In this document: in pieces, positions 60,957 through 64,000 of the stretch
Position numbering within the stretch: position 1 is the first letter of the stretch
Layout of the letters: each line of letters begins with the position of its first letter
Origin: Neoechinorhynchus agilis
Taxonomy: Eukaryota; Animalia; Acanthocephala
Assembly (NCBI GenBank): GCA_051530055.1
Contig: CM121341.1
Location: 15,292,784-15,356,783, forward strand
Reading direction: 5' to 3'
DNA: 64,000 nucleotides
Program-made: the position numbers and the translations under genes
Notes under the pieces: model-generated
Seen by the model: the letters and a program-made list of their open reading frames with translations, nothing else
Told to the model about the DNA's origin: nothing
The model's database searches: none

Positions 60957-62585
60957 TTAATTGTCCACAGTATCCAGCAAACACGATCCATTGCTTATCT
61001 TGACCATTGGAAACTCACAAACACAAATACCGCTTTGTCCGTGTCCAGGGACGTAGATCTCTCGTAGATCTTTGCATTTACGAATGGAATATAGGCAAGA
61101 GTTATGCTCCATTGACCACTGTTGACCACTGGGACACGAGCATTCATAATCGAGTGTGCCTGATTCTGCAAGATCAATCAAAGATTTGTTTCTGTCAATC
61201 AATGTTCTACACTTCGATCCTTGAGATTGGCAGATTGTGTCGTATTTTACGCTTAGCGAGTTTGATTAGTAGTCGAATGCGGATCGAATTTGTATGCAGA
61301 AAATTTTATCGGCATCAGAAACCGGGTTGAATTTCGATCTTTTATTGCGATTTGTAAATATATTAATTATACCAATAAAAAATAATCGAGGAGAACGTAA
61401 AATATATATTGTTCGCTTCCAGTCAAGTGACTCGCTAAACGTTCATGACGAAGTATTCATTAAATGCGGAGCTAGGTTTGCCAAACACCTTGAGTTATAA
61501 ACTACAGGACTAAAAGTTGTCCCGAGTACACCCGTTTTAAGATCGATATCCGATGTGTAAATATCGGTCAATAATTTCTTAAAAATCAGGCGGTTGGTTA
61601 TAGCATCATAGGCACCTAGCAAACCGTCTTTTGATAAACTTGCTGCATCGGTATCCTTTTTGCTCACTAAGTCAAAAAGTGCGATCTTAAGTTCAGCGAC
61701 ATGGTTCGCGAGTTGACGGCCGCAGCAGGGATCCGGACAAAAGCTGAGTAGGGCACATTGAAAGTCAGATCGCTCCGATTCTACCTTAAGCATAAAATTA
61801 TTCATTCCAATAGGAATATGGCATGATCCATTGATCCGACGAAGTAGATCGTCTTGGGAGAGCGTGTAAGCGCATATTGTGCTTGGTTTAAGAAAAACGA
61901 AGATTGATTCGTGGCGTATTTGATAATATTTTTCAGGATGGATTTAATATTCGCACCCTAAAAAATGAGTTAAAGGTTTGGCGAAAATATAATACTTATC
62001 GGCTCGTAGAAACACATTCGATCTATAAAGTATGCTTTCTTTTAAGTAATAATACTTATGACTTCAATTGAATTTAAAAGAAATCGAAGACGAGAGTCCA
62101 CGTTGTTATTTTCTTGCGATTCCATTGATCTTTTAAACCCCCAGCGATTAAACCTGAAGCACTAATAAATGAAGGGCAGTTGTAAGCCGAAACCGCATTC
62201 TTTGCAGATGAACTCGAAATGGATATAGGTATTTTTTAAGAAGCCATCGTTCACCATGATATAAATACGCATTTCGCTTCCATTCGCTCCATTTTTTACT
62301 CCTTGATACCATCCATCCGTGATCTTGTATACTAAGATGCTGGAAAATGTATTCTACGCACTGGCTCACTCCTTCGGCACACTTTTCGTTCACTTTTTGG
62401 TCAAGTTCATTGAGTTTCGGGTATGAATAGGGAAATGTTATATACTTTTTGTAGACTAATTCGTGATCAGCATTGCCAAGATCCCACTTAGTTTCATGAA
62501 ATAGTCTGTCTTCATCGAGAATCCGCGTACGGACACCTTCCAGCGGCCAAATATCAAGTCTCCAATCAACTTCATTGAATTTCAT
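60957..62585 (-). CDS. Unknown Cys-rich, probably extracellular protein (EGF-like C-terminal repeats), multi-exon; junctions unresolved
   Basis: Three co-oriented ORFs (62148-62585, 61443-61805, 60957-61202) with CALLSFCPDPCC, YECSCPSGQQW...SC and CVCEFP...C. Confidence 0.55.
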
Positions 62586-63690
62586 ATGTCGAATGTATTC
62601 TGAGACTATTGCGTGGTTCTTTAGCCTTTGAGATGAGGTTAAAGGATCACTGTCGAATTAAGGTTAACTTCTCTGCGAACGATACATTGAGCGCGTTGGA
62701 TAAATCTAACTGGGAAATTGTAGTGAACAAAAGAAGCATCTATTTAATATAAAACAATGAGAATAAATTATGAAAAATAATCGCTTAGCTACAATTTTCA
62801 GAGCAATTGCCGGAGAACAAAACAATGAATTAGAACTTTTTTAAGCTTTAATCTGACATATATAGTTGTATGGAGAATGAGAATGGTGTTTCATGTTTTG
62901 CAATAGTCAATCTTTTACCTATTTGCGTGTAGAACGACTGTTTAATTTTCCGCATATCAAATGTGATCTTAGAAAGTCTGATCTTAGTTTTCCATACTCC
63001 CAAATACGATCCTAATGTTTATTTTTACTTCACGAACCGGGACAAATCAGAGGTGAAACTCGGCATACAAGTGCACATGAAGATTGATAAAAATAATCGC
63101 ATTTTTTGCCGTTGCAATTTCTTCAACTCTAATATAAAAGTCAAATTTTATTTGTCTTACAAACGTCGAAACAGCTTTATCTTTCATTGTCTCTAGTATG
63201 CATCCAACGTTTCGTTAAAGAGAAAAACTTTTATATAATGAAAGATATTTATCACACTTAAAGGTTCAGCAAAAAAGCATATTCTAATACATAAGGGGAA
63301 TATATCTTAAGAAATTATTTCACTAAATTTTCATTTTGCTTAAATACGATCTCGGCAAATATTAATTTGATATTGAACGTGTTTTATCGACTAATAATTC
63401 ATAACTTAAATATTTGGCAAAATAGTGAAATATTGAAAGAAAATATGTTAACGAGATTCTTAGAAATTAAAGATGTTCAATTCACCGATAAAGTTCCAAT
63501 TAAATAATCGCCAGAGGTTATTCTGTGTGCAAATAGAAATACAGTGAGGAATGATTATTTTGGGATTGTCGGTCTTCTATTTTAAACGTTTATTTTCGCC
63601 AAGGAAAAAAAACGAAGTCTCTAATTCAAACGAATATTTATTTTGTACGACCACATTGACCGTGAGAAGACATTGATATTTTTAGAGCAT

Positions 63691-64000
63691 TCAAACAGGT
63701 CGTCTATTGACAAGAGTGTTCTTCTCATCATCTTCGTCACTTTCAGAATAAGAAGACTCGGTATCGTCATCTTCCTGTGGGTGTTGTTGATAGGCGAAGG
63801 GCGGTGGCGGCATAAACCGCGGACTGATCAGTCGTACGAGCTGGGGTGGGTACATTGGATACTTGAACTGAGGTGAATGTATCATTGTTGGCGGAGGAGT
63901 AATTCCGCCATTTTGCTGAGTGTGGAATATATTTTCGTGCAGATCTGGAACTGGCACCGATGCTGCACGATTCGTATTCGGAGATAAAGATTGACTGTGA
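63691..64000 (-). CDS. 3' part of an unknown Pro-rich/acidic protein, running off the window
   Basis: Open frame to the window edge with PPPT/PPPP and DDDTESSYSESDEDDE. Confidence 0.45.
   Translation of the reverse strand, partial: HSQSLSPNTNRAASVPVPDLHENIFHTQQNGGITPPPTMIHSPQFKYPMYPPQLVRLISPRFMPPPPFAYQQHPQEDDDTESSYSESDEDDEKNTLVNRRPV

Noticed and set aside
61200-61450. Long frame with isolated TGA/TAA suggesting stop-codon reassignment
   Set aside because: Conserved genes in the window end at TAA, TAG and TGA normally, and small introns can explain these stops.

Overview
AT-rich, gene-dense eukaryotic window, most likely from a fast-evolving invertebrate animal (inference from divergent ARF1, XPO1, INTS11, NDUFA13, RBBP6 and a MYST HAT, and from short ~40-60 nt GT-AG introns; I cannot name the species). 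Recognisable genes: ARF1, INTS11/CPSF3L, XPO1/CRM1, a histidine acid phosphatase, an LRR membrane protein, URM1, NDUFA13, RBBP6, a MYST acetyltransferase, EXOSC2/RRP4, PCMT1 and an SFT2-like protein, plus a few unknown CDSs. Repeats: a Gypsy pol fragment, eight CRE-like (RT + RLE endonuclease) non-LTR fragments, a decayed Penelope element with inverted terminal repeats and minimal hammerhead motifs, several foldback remnants, a ~5.1 kb satellite with a 348-bp unit, and a tandem tRNA-Ser-derived repeat. Two leads stand out. (1) Conserved coding regions (XPO1, INTS11, the LRR gene; less cleanly NDUFA13 and an unknown gene) are interrupted by frame-breaking inserts that lack a homology-preserving GT-AG register. 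Each insert has its own inverted repeat, and the three best cases are bounded by a TAGA/TCTA direct repeat whose collapse restores the protein. These are candidate structure-guided non-canonical introns or DNA-level excised elements. (2) The tRNA-derived repeat carries a complete hammerhead core whose three strands occur in a non-standard order. Both leads were found by manual reading and need RNA/DNA read and biochemical tests.
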